The position numbers and the translations under genes are program-made. The notes under the pieces were generated by a model that worked only from the letters and a program-made list of their open reading frames with translations, ran no database searches and was not told the origin of the DNA. From Octopus vulgaris (taxonomy: Eukaryota), in contig OX597843.1 in assembly GCA_951406725.2 (NCBI GenBank), positions 7,254,001-7,318,000 of the forward strand: 64,000 nucleotides of DNA, written 5' to 3'. Below, piece after piece: positions 26,356 to 44,850 of the stretch (positions are counted from its first letter, which is position 1; each line of letters begins with the position of its first letter).

Positions 26356-27668
26356 CTAGCTTAAGGTGACCCGCTCTACGCGCGGGTAAGAGTGTGGTTG
26401 TTACTTTCTGTTGCTTCCTTTCGTCACTTAAAATGCACCATCCGAACTTGGCCGATGGCAGCACCGCCTTGCCGGTGGCACGTAAAAAGCACCCACTACA
26501 CTCACTGAGTGATTGGCGTTAGGAAGGGCATCCAGCTGTAGAAACACTGCCAGATCAGACTGGAGCCTGGTGCAGCCTTCTGGCTTACCAGACCCCGGTC
26601 AAACCGTGCAACCCGTGCTAGCACGGAAAACAGACGTTAAACGATGATGATGATGATGTTTCTCTCTCCTTTATCTCTCACTTTCCCACTCTCTTACTCT
26701 TCCTTTTTCTCGGACTCTCCCTCGCTTTCTCTGACTCTCTATCTTTTTCTATCTCTCTCCCATTTATAAACAACAAAAAATCTTGAGTAAGTTGAAAAAG
26801 AAAATATTTTGAAAGATCACTCATAAATATCAGGCAGTGACAACGGAAAGGTCTGCTTCAAGGCAAACAGCAAAGCACTAACATTTAAAAGGGACAGATG
26901 AACTTGCGAGTTGAATAAAAATAATAAAATATTGGGAACCAAAGTTTGAAGGGATAGAATCTGAGGATAGTAGAGTCACCATGGCTAGTATTTCTTAACG
27001 ACGGACAGCAACGTATTGACAGTTTAACGGCTGGCATAAAATTTTGAACTTGATGTAAAAGAAAATTCCTAAACACCAAGTTTTGAAGTGATTCTTTCTC
27101 ACGACAGTAGACTCACCATGGCAAGCATTCAAAACTTCATCATGGACGGCAACACATTGACGATTTAAAGGCTGGCGCAAATGTTTTAGCGTCATGTAAC
27201 AGAAAATTCCTAAACACCCGCTCCTGTAAATTTTAATCCACTTCCAGCCCCATTTAGACCCGTTTTCACATTTTGGTTAATATAACCCGATTTCACTCGG
27301 GTCTACTGGTGCCACATTTTATAGGATGAGGAATTTTGTCCTAGAGGTGACGCCTTTCATTTGAGGAAAAAATAGCAAACTCGCCAGCACTTTTAACATA
27401 GGTGTGCATATTTTCAGCTCATTATATATATATATGTGTGTGTGTGTGTGTGCGTGTGTGTACGCATTATATATACAAATGTATACAAATTATATATATA
27501 TATAAATACAGAAATATACACTTTGTATATATACATATTTATATATAGAACACACACACACACACACATATAAATTAACCCAATAAATATCTGATTCATA
27601 ATATTTGTTCTCATGATTGTGTGGTGGTGGTGCTGATGATAATTCTCTCTATGAATGCAAACAGACGT

Positions 27669-27710
<42 letters not shown>

Positions 27711-28258
27711 AGCGCTGGTGAAGGCGGCGGGGGAAAGATATTAAACTTTCCCTCGCTTTCTCTTTCTCTCTATCTTTCTCTATCTATCTCTCTCCCATTT
27801 ATAAATAACAAAAGATCGTAAGTTGAGAAAGAAAATATTTTTATGCCTTTTAAACCCTTCGTCGTTATTCTCATTAACTCATTATTAATTTCTCCCTTCC
27901 TTTCACTTTCTCTCTATAACGTTATAGAGAGAAGGTGAAAGGAAGGGAGGTAGACGCTGTGAAACGACGTTATAGATAGAATGTGAAAGGAAGGGAGGAA
28001 AGAGAGTGAGTGATGGAGGAAGACAGATACATAAAAGAATGAGAGTAGACTTGTCAAAGTGCGTTTTTGATACTACCAACGACACCTTCTAAGATGGGGA
28101 TTTCTAACCTAGCCCACTCGCATCCTCACCTCATTTTACACGTCCCTGTAAATTTTGGTGTCAATCCGACAGGATCTAGTGGCCTTTAACCCGTTCTCAA
28201 TGCCAAAACCAGACAAACAAACAAACAAACTTTTCGCATTTCAGAATTATAATATAGA
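26356..28258 (-). mobile_element. Non-autonomous Helitron (~1.9 kb) or two related nested/adjacent copies
   Basis: Minus 5' end TCTATATTATAATTC..(GTTT)n; 3' hairpin acccgcgcgtagagcgggt then caccttaagCTAG before T; internal repeats 26967-27077 vs 27102-27218 and 26758-26810 vs 27794-27840. Confidence 0.65.
26470..26657 (+). mobile_element. SINE-like or RTE-related retroposon 3' part with (GAT)n tail, nested in the Helitron
   Basis: ggtggcacgtaaaaagcacc..ggcgttaggaagggcatccagctgtagaaac..gacgttaaacgatgatgatgatg. Confidence 0.7.
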
Positions 28259-28577
28259 TTATATATATAAGGAAGTTTTTCATAGCATTTCTAGATTTAT
28301 GGGAAATATTATGTTGATAAGGAAATGAACTTTACGATTCTAATCCAGAAACGATCGTCCATAATTAATCCAGTAGACTGTGTGATTTCGTTGTTTTCCT
28401 TTCTTCTTTTACCATATATGAGTTACAAATACTGTTGTTTGCAGAGACATATTTTTGTAGTAATAGTAATAGTAGCCCTTTGACTGCTATTTCTAATATT
28501 TTCGGTATGTGGTTTAAGCAACTTGTTGCAAAAAACCCTTTATTATAATTATATATATGTATATATATATGTATATA

Positions 28578-30000
<1,423 letters not shown>

Positions 30001-30250
30001 ATCATTGGCTACTATCAGTCTGGACAGATGATCAGATGCCGTATATATTGCACGTGTTTCTGTGAGTGTGGGTGTGTGTTGTGTGTGTGGAGAAGTCTGT
30101 CTGTGATTGTATGTGTGCGTAACGCATTCGCTCAGAATCTGTGGAACCGATACGGATGTCTGTTTCTGTGTGTGTGTGTATGTATGTATGTGTATGTGTG
30201 TGTGGGCATCCTTATTTTACATGCTGTTAATGTGAAAGCGTGACCGGGTA

Positions 30251-30470
30251 GGGCGGCGAGCTGGCATTTCGTCTATCGCTACCTTCTGAGTTCAAATTCC
30301 GACGAAGTAGACTTCATCAGTTGTCGGCTGTTTATCTACTCCACATTTCGAGCAATTCACGACAATATATGCCTTCGAGAAAACAGATGCGCCCGCAAAC
30401 CAAAATAAAATTTGGGATTTTGCAGAGGGTCAAAGTTGATAACAAAAACAGGACAGTGAAACATGGTGAG
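30251..30470. mobile_element. SINE B head fragment (+) fused to a Penelope-like fragment (-) carrying a CTGATGA half-hammerhead
   Basis: ggcggcgagctggca..gagttcaaattccg; minus strand cagccgacaa-ctgatga-ag at 30312-30330. Confidence 0.45.
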
Positions 30471-31399
30471 GGTTGCTAAGCCAGACGGGATAAGGTGGCG
30501 AACGCTGAGGAAGATTCTTTGACAGGATAAAAGATAAGAGAGGAGAGGGACAAGAATACGTCTGGTCTGTGCAACAGACCGGAAGAAAGGAAAGATAAAC
30601 ACGTATGGAAAAAAAGATGGACGATGGTCACGTGTGAGCAACGAGAGAGTAAAGGAAGAAGAAGGAGAAAGAGGGGGATAGATAGAAAACGGTGAAGGAG
30701 AGAAAAAAGAATTAGAGAAAGGAAGAGGGGGAAAAACGAAAGGCGGGGGGAGAAAACAGTACAGAGGGGAGTCGCATCAAAATGATTAAGATAAACTCAT
30801 TTGGAAATGGATGCGTGGCTTTCAGTACAGAATTAATCGGAATCCGATTTTGTCTATTACTGATAATTACTTCCTTATTTTCTCGTCCGTAGACTCTTCA
30901 GTACGATCGTACCAGTTTAATATAATTTGTAGAACTATATATATATATATAGCGGCGTACGCACACCACTTTGGTCTCTTATATATAAGTACACATATTT
31001 CGAAATCTTGTACGACTCTGCTTCTGTCTAACAGCCCTTTCACGCTTATTCGTTCATTCCATTCTTCGTTCTTTCGTTTCCCCTCTCTCACATTTCTTTA
31101 CCTTCTCTTCTTACTCACTTTCCCTTCACTTTTCACTTCACTGTGTCCCTGTTTTTTTCACGCCCCTCTTTAATTCTTCTGTCCCTCTGCTTCTACTTCA
31201 GTCCCTTCTCTTCCCACGTGACTGCTTCAGCCAAGCCTGTCTTTTCTTTCTTGGTCTGACCGTTGTCCGTACAACAGCGATATTCTTCCCTGTGTATGTG
31301 AAACTTTGCATCTCTGCCGTAAGGCTTCATTTCCATATGCACCAGCTTAATTCAATTCGTCCTTAGTCGAAAGACGCCTGTTGTTATGTCCTGTTATCA

Positions 31400-31701
31400 T
31401 TTTTATGTATTTATATTTGTGTAATATTGTACTTTTTTTCGTCCTTGTTTTTGTATACATACGCTGCTTTCTTCCAAGGAATCTATTGCTCTTAGCTTAG
31501 TTTTTCTTGGGGCTGGCCAGATTGGAGCAATCTCAAGAATAATCAACCGAAATTGCGAGGATAATCTGATGCTTGATTGAGGAAAGAAAACTTCGAATGA
31601 CTCGTCACTGTTTTCTTTGTATCGTCTATCTGGATGTTTTGTTTTCCCTTTATGTATCACCTAGCTATCCGGATGTTTTGTGTTCTTGTCCCATTTTGTA
31701 T

Positions 31702-31705
<4 letters not shown>
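31400..31705 (+). mobile_element. Interspersed repeat (probable Penelope-like pLTR) adjoining (TA)n
   Basis: ggggctggccagat.ggagcaatctcaaga.taatca.ccgaaattgcgaggat; reverse homolog at 42368-42533. Confidence 0.55.
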
Positions 31706-31793
<88 letters not shown>

Positions 31794-31800
31794 ATATGTA

Positions 31801-32158
31801 GGCGTAGAAGTGACTGTGTAGTAAGTAGCTTGCTTACCGACCACATGGTTCAGGTATCAGTCCCACTGCGTGACACCTAGAGCAAGTGTTTCTACTATAG
31901 CTTCGGGCCGACCAAAGCCTTGTAAATGGATTTGTTAGACGGAAACTGGAAGAAGTCTTCGTATATATGTGTGTGTGTGTATATATGTTCGTATGTCTGT
32001 ATTTGTCCCCCATCATCGCTTGACATACGTCCCTGTAACATATTGGACTGATAGAATAAGTACTAGGCATACAAACAATGAGTCCTGGGGTCGATTTGTT
32101 TGACAAAAGGCGATGCTCCAGCATGGCCGGAATCAAATGACTGAAACTAATAAAAGAA
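31801..32158 (+). mobile_element. SINE family A, near full length
   Basis: Head, body and tail motifs present. Confidence 0.88.
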
Positions 32159-32167
32159 TATATACAT

Positions 32168-32238
<71 letters not shown>

Positions 32239-32744
32239 CATACATACATGATATATATATATATATATACATACATGATATATATATATATATATACATA
32301 TATATGCGTGTGTGTATAGATATGTATGTAGATGCGTATATATATACATTTGTGTGCGTATGTGCGTGTCCATGTTTGTATATACGTATATGCATATGTT
32401 TCTATACGTACATGTGTGTACGTATGTATATCTGGCTTATATATATATATATGTATGTATATATTTGTTTGTGCGCATGCATACATGCGCACATCTCTAT
32501 ACCTGTGAATGTGTATGCATATGTGAATATATATGTATGTGTGTGTGTATATATATATATATATACTTGTGTATGTGCATGAATGCATAGGAATATGTGT
32601 ATGTATGTATATGTGCCTATATATTTGTTTACATGAGCCCATGTGTATATCTGTGTATGTATATGTGCACGTATATACATATATGTGTATGTGTGTCTGT
32701 GTATAAATATTGCATGTGTGGCCATACATATATATATGTATGCG

Positions 32745-32777
<33 letters not shown>

Positions 32778-33519
32778 CACATGTATGTCTGTGCATATAT
32801 ATACATATGTTTATGTGCGCAATTTTGTGACTGTATGTGAATACACGAGCAGATACGTATTTATACAGGCATATGTGTAGGTGTGTATGTATATGAGCGG
32901 ATAAACATATTTATACATGCATGTGTGTGTGTGTGTGTGTGTTGTTGTTGTTGTTGTTGTTGTTGTTGGAGGTAAGAGGCGGCGGCGGCTGCGCTGCAAA
33001 TTCGTAGAAATAAATGGCTGAACCAATAAAAAGTGATAGGTGTCCCGCGAGCCTCTGTCAGGAACGAGGTATGATGCCTGACTACTAATTGCAGGTTTCA
33101 TGTCATTACAGCCTCGTTTTCGTTCGTGACCGTCACACCAACATCTCGACACAGAAACACACTCACACACGATGATAGTGGTGGCGGTGGGGTGGCTGTG
33201 GTGGTGGGGTGGCTGTGGTGGTGGGGTGGCTGTGGTGGTGGGGTGGCTGTGGTGGTGGTAGTGGTGGCAGTGATGATGATGGAGGTGATCATCGTGATGA
33301 TGTTGATGATGATGATGATGTTGATGGAGGAGATGATGACGGTGTTGATGATGATGACGGTAGTGATGATGATGATGATGATAGCGGTGTTTCCGTGCGT
33401 GTATATGTTAGTGCGTGTTTGTGTGTGTGTGTGTACATGTTTTACAATAACAGTAAACTAATGGGAAGAAGGGCGAGAGAGAGAGAGATTTATTGAAAAC
33501 AGAGGAAAGTAGGTTAGGG

Positions 33520-34850
<1,331 letters not shown>

Positions 34851-34960
34851 AGGGGGAGGGAGAGACAGATGGACGGACGGGTGGATTGGCAGAGAGACAG
34901 AGAGGTAGATAGATGGATAGGTAGATTCAGCTAGGGATAGGTAGACAGAATAATAGGAGA

Positions 34961-35035
<75 letters not shown>

Positions 35036-35049
35036 GGTGGGTGCAGCAA

Positions 35050-35119
<70 letters not shown>

Positions 35120-35604
35120 GGTGGTGGTGGTAGTGGTGGTGGTGGTAGTAAATCTAGCTGTGAGATTTGACATGTGCTGTGTATTGATATTTCTTAAACA
35201 ACACATTTCATTGACAATATTGGTCGGCGGCGGCGGTGCGTATTGGCGGTAGTGATGGAGGCGGCGGTGGTGGCGTTGGCGTGCGTTGCTTTTGCTGTCT
35301 GTTTGTCAGTGGCGTGACGGTGGCGCGTATTGGTTGCAGTAGAAGAGGTGAGGGTGCTGGTGGCTCGGTGACGGTTTTGGTTGTGGTGGTCGTGGTCGTC
35401 GTGGTGGTGGTGATAGTGATGATGGTGGTGGTGAGGGCAGCGGTGATGGTGGTAGTGGTACGTATTGGTTGTAGTGTTGTTGTTAGTGGTGGTAGCCATG
35501 GTGGATAGTATTGGTTACAGTAAGGTCGGTGGTGATTTCGTTGTCGTATTGGTGATGGTGGCGAAGTGGTATTTGTTGTAGTTGTAGTAATTTATATACT
35601 CCTA

Positions 35605-35656
35605 TTCAGTTAAGATCAGAAGACATGTGAGCCACTGCCTGGGACTGCATCAGGGC

Positions 35657-35657
<1 letters not shown>
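35605..35657 (-). mobile_element. Terminal fragment of the (TAA)n-associated element seen at 56798-57597
   Basis: tcagttaagatcagaag.catg.gagccactgcctgg.actgcatcagggc followed by (TTA)n. Confidence 0.7.
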
Positions 35658-35687
<30 letters not shown>

Positions 35688-35739
35688 GTAGTTGTTGTTG
35701 TTGTTGTTGTTGTCGTCGTCGTTGTTGTTGTTGTTGTTA

Positions 35740-36535
35740 AGGTGGTTAGCTGGCAGAATCGTTAGCATGCCGCAGGAAATGCTCAGTGAAACACGGGGGC
35801 TGATGTAATCGACTAGTCCCCTCCCCCAAAATTTCAGGCCTTGTGCCTATAGTAGAAAGAATTATTGTTATCATCATCAACATCATCATCATTATTATTT
35901 AGGTGGTGAGCTGGCAGAAACGTTAGCACGCCGGGCGAAATGCTTAGCGGTATTTCGTCTGCCGTTACGTTGTGAGTTCAAATTCCGCCGAGGTCGACTT
36001 TGCCTTTCATCCTTTCGAGGTCGATTAAATAAGTACCAGTTACGCACTGGGTTCGATATAATCGAATTAATCCGTTTGTCTGTCCTTGTTTGTCCTCTCT
36101 GTGTTTGGTCCCTTGTGGGTTGTAAAGAAATAGGTATTTCGTCTGCTGCTATGTTATGAGTTCAAACTTCGCCGAGGTCGACTTTGCCTTTCATCCTTTT
36201 GGGGTCGAAAAATTAAATACCAGTGAAACAGTGGATTCGATGTAATCGACTAGACCGCTCCCCACAAATTCCAGGCGTTGTGCCTATAACAGAACGGATT
36301 ATTATTATTGTTGTTGTTTAAGGCGGCTAGCTGGCAGAATCATTAGCACACCAGACAAAATGCTTAGCAAAGTTTCTTCTGACAAAACGTCCTGAGTTCC
36401 AGTTCCACCGAGGTCAACTTTGCCTTTCATCCATTCGGTGTCAGTGAAATAAGAACCAGTCATGTAATAGGGTCAATGTAATTGACTCGGTCCTTCCTCT
36501 AAAATTTTCAGGCTTTGGGCCTATAATAGAACATA
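35740..36535 (+). mobile_element. Cluster of three head-to-tail SINE family B copies (35740-35860, 35901-36298, 36321-36532)
   Basis: Each begins ggYggYNagctggcagaa and ends ..tgtgcctata..agaa(att)n; core gaggtcgactttgcctttcatcctttc. Confidence 0.88.
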
Positions 36536-36614
36536 TTATTCCTATAGTGATGGCTAAAAGGGAAATGCTGCACCTCGTCCCAATATTTTTGTTGAAAGGT
36601 GGAGGAATGCGTAA

Positions 36615-37027
36615 GAGTTGCTATGTGGTAAGTAGCTTGCTTACCAACCACATGGTTCCGGGTTCAGTCCCACTGCGTGGCACCCTGGACAAGTGTTTTT
36701 ACTACAGCTGAGAGCCGACCAAAGCCTTGTGAGTGGATTTGGTAGACGGAAACTGAAAGAAGCCCATCGTATATATGGATATACATATATGTGTGTGTGT
36801 GTGTGTTAATGTGTATGTTTGTGTGTCTCTGTTGGTCCCCCCCAACATCGCTTGACAACCGATGCTGATTTGTTTACGTTCCCGTAACTTAGCGGCTCGG
36901 CAAAAAAGTCCGATAGAATAAGTACTAGGCTTAGAAAGAATAAGTCCTGGGGCCAATTTGCTCGACTAAATGCAGTGCTCCAGCATGGCCACAGTCACAT
37001 GACTGAAACAAGTAAAAGAGTAAAAGA
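36615..37027 (+). mobile_element. SINE family A, full length
   Basis: Head, body and tail motifs present. Confidence 0.92.
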
Positions 37028-38862
37028 AAGAATGTGCTGAGGGTGGCCCCTGAGAATGAGGTTACTCTGAACCTACGCCTGTAGGCCGCAAACGATGAAG
37101 AGGAGAGAGGTGCCTGCCTTCCTGGGGTAATCTCAGCCGTTATAATGACCAGCATGTGCGGAATTCGTGCGGGTAGAACTCCCCTCATCCGGGGTATTTT
37201 ATTGTTTAAATTTTGAGCTCGGGGTGAGGCGTCGATATCATCGATTTACCCCCTTCCCCGAACTTGCTGGCTCTTGAAACTATCATCTTTTTTCTTCTTC
37301 TCCTCCTACTTCTTCCCTCATCCTCATCCCCCTTCATCATCATCATCATCATTATCATCGTCATCATCATCATTATTTTTATCATCATTATCATCTTCAT
37401 CATCTTCATCATCTCACACTTCTTCGCCTCATCCTCGCCCTCCTTCATCATCATCACCCTCATCATCTTCTTGTTCTCCTCGTCCTCCTCTTCGTCTCCT
37501 CTTCCTCCTCCTCCTTCATCATCATCATCATCATCGTTATTATCATCTTAATGTAACTATCGTTGAAGCGTTAACAAGCACTTCTTCGGCATGTCAGCTA
37601 ATCCGATCATGACCATCACCCCTGTTGTTTTAGGTCTCTGTCAGTGTTAGGTATCTTCCCAGCGAATTTATCAAATGTCCTTCGCTGCTTACATCCGCCT
37701 TAACGACAACAGGCTGGCATTTGGCTGCTCCTTCTAGCAAAACACACTAGTCGAACACCAATGGCAACTAGTAGCGGTGGTATTAGGATAACAGTTTAGG
37801 TTGTAGCACCAGTGGTGATGGGAGGTAGCAGTAGTGGTGATGGTGGTAGTAGTGGTGGTGGTGGTAGTATTAGCAGTAGCAGCAGCAGAAGTAGTAGTAG
37901 TAGTAGTAGTAATGGTGGTGGTGGTGGTGATGATGATGCTACTGGTGCTGCTACTACTGATGATGATGATGATGGTTGGTGGTGGTTGCGATAGTAGTAA
38001 TAGTAGTAGTAGTAGTGACGGCGGTGTTGTTGTTGTTGGTGGTGGTAGCAATCAAAATTGAGGTGTGAGATACAACAGGTGTCCTGCAATAATCTTTACC
38101 AAATACTTCACACCGAAGGTGGCGGCGGCGGGGGGGGGGGCGGTGCTGGCGGTGGCAGCAGTGGCGGTGCTGGTGTTGTTGAAGTTGTTGTTGCTGGTAG
38201 TGGTGGTGGTTGTTGTTGGTGGTGGTGTCTGGTGATGGTGAAGGCGGGGGGCGGTGTCAGTAGAGTTGTTAGAAGTAATATTGACGGCAGTGGCAGTGGT
38301 GGTGGCGGTGGTGGTGGTGATTGTGGTGGTGGTGGTGGTGGTGGTTGTGGGTAGCGGAGCCGATGGTAGTAGTAACAATAGTAACAGTTTGGTGGCGGCG
38401 GCGGTGGTGATGGTGGTGGTAGACGTAGCAATGCCAGTAATAAACGCATTGGTTAGTGGTGGCGGCGGAGGTGTAGTTGGTGGTATTGGTCGAGGTAGGG
38501 CAGGTGGTGCTGGTGTGCTGGTGGTAGTACAGGTAATGATGATGGCGGCGGGCGGCGGCGATGGTTGGCGTTGTCTAAGTGTGTGAGATACAACAGCTGG
38601 CGCTGCATCAATCTTTCTGGCAGACAAGTTTTACATTGACGCAGAAAACTTAGTCCAGCCTCCTCGCCGGTTCTCATAGACATACATATAGGCCTATACA
38701 CATACATACATATACGTACACACACACACGCACACACATATATGTATATATATATATGTACCTATATATGTAGGAATATGGTCACATACGTAGAGAAACA
38801 CACCCATATGCATGTGTGTGTCTGCCTATACATAGAAAAATAAACGCATTTATAGATGTTTC

Positions 38863-38904
<42 letters not shown>

Positions 38905-38969
38905 TATTTACATACATCTGCGCCTATAGATGGGTAGGTGGATGGATGGATGGATAAATACATACATAT

Positions 38970-39019
<50 letters not shown>

Positions 39020-39026
<7 letters not shown>

Positions 39027-39225
39027 ATCCAAACAAGAAAGCACAAAACACAACAACGCGAGGACGTAGAACAAGTATAGTTTTATTGGACGCTCAGGAA
39101 AGAAGGAAAGGAGGAGTGTTTAACGTTTCGAGCGGAGCTCTTCGTCGGAAACATAGGAGAAGGAAAGATCCAGAGAAGGGAAGACAGAGGAAAAAAAATC
39201 GCCAACGGTACACACGAGGTCACAT
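39020..39225 (-). mobile_element. Penelope pLTR/retrozyme-like unit inserted in (TA)n
   Basis: ~205 bp between (TA)n tracts; related to 8795-8995 (cctgagcg..taa.ac); carries a hammerhead motif. Confidence 0.7.
39117..39153 (-). ncRNA. Minimal type-I hammerhead ribozyme, best-preserved copy
   Basis: Minus: tgttt-CCGACGA-A-gagc(tcc)gctc-GAAA-cg-T-T-aaaca; 5-bp helix I, CYGANGA core, palindromic helix III. Confidence 0.72.
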
Positions 39226-39226
39226 T

Positions 39227-39366
<140 letters not shown>

Positions 39367-39400
39367 GTTGCGAAAGTATGCATGCGCATCTCTCTCACTT

Positions 39401-39871
<471 letters not shown>

Positions 39872-40675
39872 TTGGTGATTGTGGTAATGATGATAATGGT
39901 GATGATAGTGTTGATGATGTTGACGATGATGATGCTGATGGTATTGATGATGATCATGATAATGATGACGATTACGACGGTGATGATGATGATGATGATG
40001 ATGATTATGTTGATGATGGTGATGTTGTAAATCAAAGCATGTCAAGACGGGGCTCGATGTTAACGCAATTTAGTTTCTGTCTGGACTTCCTTCCGACGTT
40101 CTAACTACAGTGCTTATTTATTTTATTGTTTGTATGTTGTATCTGTTGTGTTTGTCACACATGTACGGATGCAGTGAGTGAGTGAATGGACCGACGGCAG
40201 TTTCTCAACAAACTGATGTCGCTAACCTTTCTAAGGTGACCGCATCTCTACCCTAGTTTCATATTTACAGACATGCAGGCATATACTTAAAGCACTCACT
40301 GTGACAGACAGACGGACGGACGGACGGACGAATGGACGAACGAACAGACAGACGTACAGATGGGCGGATTTTTCTAGACAGATTCGCAGATAGAGATAGA
40401 CTGTCTGATTGATAGATAGACAGACAGACAGATCGATAGATAAACAGACAGAGGGAGAGAGGGAAGTAGAGAGAGAGAGATGGATGGATATATAGGTAGT
40501 TGGCTAGATAGATGGATGGATGGATGGATGGATGGATGGATGAAGAGACTGACAGCCAAATAAAGAGACCGACTGATGGATGGCCAGACAGCGAAAGAGA
40601 GAGAGACACATTTACAATACATATGCATTTTTATATGCGTATAGAGGCAGGCATATATACGTGTATATATAAATA

Positions 40676-40708
<33 letters not shown>

Positions 40709-40771
40709 ACATGTACACATTAACATACAGGAAATCGATTTCTGTCTTCATTTGCTTATCTCCCTTGACAT

Positions 40772-40819
<48 letters not shown>

Positions 40820-40860
40820 TGTGTATATGCATATGTATGTACATAAAAGTATATGCACAA

Positions 40861-40931
<71 letters not shown>

Positions 40932-41223
40932 TGTGTGTGTATGTATATGTATATACATATATTTATATACATATACACGTGCATATATACGTATATATGT
41001 ATATATATGATTTTTTCTGTTGTCTTCTCTCTCTCTCCCGCTCCGCCCCACTCTCCAACCGTTTGCAGTTTTTATCTTCTTTCTACACATGCTTCTAACT
41101 GCTGTTGTATTTATCACCCCCTTCACACACACACATCCACACACATCCACACACATATACATACATACATATATATATATATATGTGTCTGTATGTATGG
41201 TATATATATGTATGTATGTATGT

Positions 41224-41272
<49 letters not shown>

Positions 41273-41403
41273 TACATATGTATGCATGTGTGTACATATA
41301 TACGTACTTACATACATGCATACACATATACAAACACACACACACAAACGCGCACTCGTATTCATACACACAAACAATAAATGTATGTGTGTATGGATAT
41401 ATA

Positions 41404-41465
<62 letters not shown>

Positions 41466-41625
41466 ACTGTCAGACACATACACACTTTATCAAACGAATA
41501 CCCATACACTGTCATAAAACATACACACATGCAAACTTGCACACGTATATACACACAGACATACAAACACACGCATAATATCGAGCAAGTCAAACGTACA
41601 GTTGCATATATGCGTGCATATACAC

Positions 41626-41681
<56 letters not shown>

Positions 41682-41870
41682 GTAGATGCTAACAACCACA
41701 CAAAATTGCACGCGCGCGAATTTTAGGCATGCTCGTATGCACCGACTCATGTTTATACAGACACATTTATACATACTCACTATTATATAGATTCATACAT
41801 ACTTATAGACATTCATAAATACACACATATATACATGCACTGGTTTATACCCGCACAATTATATACATTC

Positions 41871-41913
<43 letters not shown>

Positions 41914-42029
41914 ATATTATATATATATAGCAAGGTGCCTCAATTTAAGTACCTAATTAAAGTGATACATTATATATATATATACATACATACACTCTCT
42001 CTCACACACACATGCACACACACACACAT

Positions 42030-42060
<31 letters not shown>

Positions 42061-42067
42061 CATTCAC

Positions 42068-42730
<663 letters not shown>

Positions 42731-42758
42731 TAAAATAATAAAGAAAACAGAAAAGAAT

Positions 42759-42789
<31 letters not shown>

Positions 42790-42792
42790 AAT

Positions 42793-43029
42793 TCTTTTAC
42801 TTGTTTCAGTCATTTCACTGCGGCCATACTGGAACACCACCTTCAGGGGTTTTAGTCAAACAAATCGTCCCCAGGACTTTTAATCCTTAGTACTTACTTT
42901 ATCAATCTCTTTTGCTTAACCCCCTAGCGTGCATGGACGTAAACACATCAACGCTGGTTTTCAAGTGGTGATGGAGGGACAAACACAGTCAGAAAGACAC
43001 ACACACATTGATATATGCATATACATACA

Positions 43030-43075
<46 letters not shown>

Positions 43076-43282
43076 TTCAGAAAAATTTAGATTCAGATGA
43101 AAATGGTACTTAAAAGTTAAAGGCGCCATAATTTGGTATGGTATTATCCATATAAATCAAATGGGGTGATTATAATCAAAATAAGCAACAAGGATATCCA
43201 AGGTAGTGTAGTACAATCGATTCATGCTACTTCATTTTATTAAACAATGTAAGTATTACATCAGTTTTAAAAAATAAATGTA

Positions 43283-43339
<57 letters not shown>

Positions 43340-43452
43340 CGGTCTACGTTCAGTTTCCGTCTACCGAATCCACTCACAAGGCTTTGGTCGGCCTGAACCT
43401 GGAACCATGTGGTTGGTAAGCAAGCTACTTATCACACAGCCACGCCTTCGCC
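42793..43452 (-). mobile_element. SINE family A interrupted in its internal (TA)n by an AT-rich pLTR-like fragment (43073-43277)
   Basis: Tail 42793-42990, head 43337-43452. Confidence 0.75.
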
Positions 43453-43589
43453 TGTATATACATGTGTGTGATGTTTGTGTGTATATACAAACGCACAGTC
43501 ATTTACTCACATATACACACATAAACGGACACACTCTCCCACGCAAGACATATCTGCTCTCACACGTACATACACATATGTATTACACA

Positions 43590-44270
43590 TTTATTCACTC
43601 ACACACATGTATATATATATCGACACACATGTATACATCTCTACACCTACGTATACATACATGCATACATTCAAACTGCATGCAAGTATACATACATACA
43701 TATTTTATATATGCATACATATATTCATGCATACATATATACATGCATGCATGTATGCATACATACGTACATATATACATACATACATACTTACATACAA
43801 ACATACATACATGCATGCATACATACATGCACACATGCGTACATACATACATACATACGTACGTACACACATGCATATACATACTTACATACAAACATAC
43901 ATACATACATGCATGCATGCATACATACATACATGCATACATACATACATACATACGTACACACATGCATGCATGCATACACACATACATACATACAAAC
44001 AAACATACATGCATACATACATACATGCATACATACATACATATACAAATGCATGCATTCATACATACATACGTACGTATATACATACATATTTACATAC
44101 AAACATACATACATGCATACATACATGCATACATACATACATACATGCATACATACATACATGCATGCATACGTACATACATACACGCATGCATGCATTC
44201 ATGCATACATACTTAAATACATACATATATATACATACATACACCCACATATATACAGAATCCATACCTA
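43590..44270. repeat. (CATA)n/(CATG)n tetranucleotide array
   Basis: Direct inspection. Confidence 0.9.
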
Positions 44271-44789
44271 CGTACATACACGAACACGCCGCGATATATT
44301 TAGCCATTTCGTTAATTAAGGATATCTGCAGAAATGGTAAAGTTTTCCTGAAATAACACAGAACCGAAATAACATCTGTCAAGTCATTAGAAGTGAATTG
44401 GGAGATCCTAGTTTCAAATCCACACACTGATATATATATATATATATATATTCACACATATACATATACACACACACACGCACACGCACACACACACACA
44501 CGCACACACACACACACACACGCACACACACACACACACATATACATACACGTACACACAGACCAGCAGGTGCATCTCAGAAAATTTAAATATAGGGAAA
44601 TTATACAATCATACATACATACATACATACATACATACATACATACATGTATTGTATATGAGAAAATTAGTCTATTCTGCAAAAATAGAATATACATATA
44701 TATATTCATGTATAGATATGTATATGTATGTATTCTATAAATTTGAACTATACACTCATACACACACACATACACATATATATGTATGC

Positions 44790-44850
<61 letters not shown>

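Noticed and set aside
30900-31000. Degenerate GIY-YIG-like peptide (NII..GLLYI)
   Set aside because: Too decayed and interrupted by (TA)n to support without an HMM search.
38581-38700. HDV-like ribozyme pattern gtccagcctcctcgccgg
   Set aside because: P3/L3 resemble HDV, but the P1.1 GG, P4, catalytic J4/2 and the P2 partner are missing.
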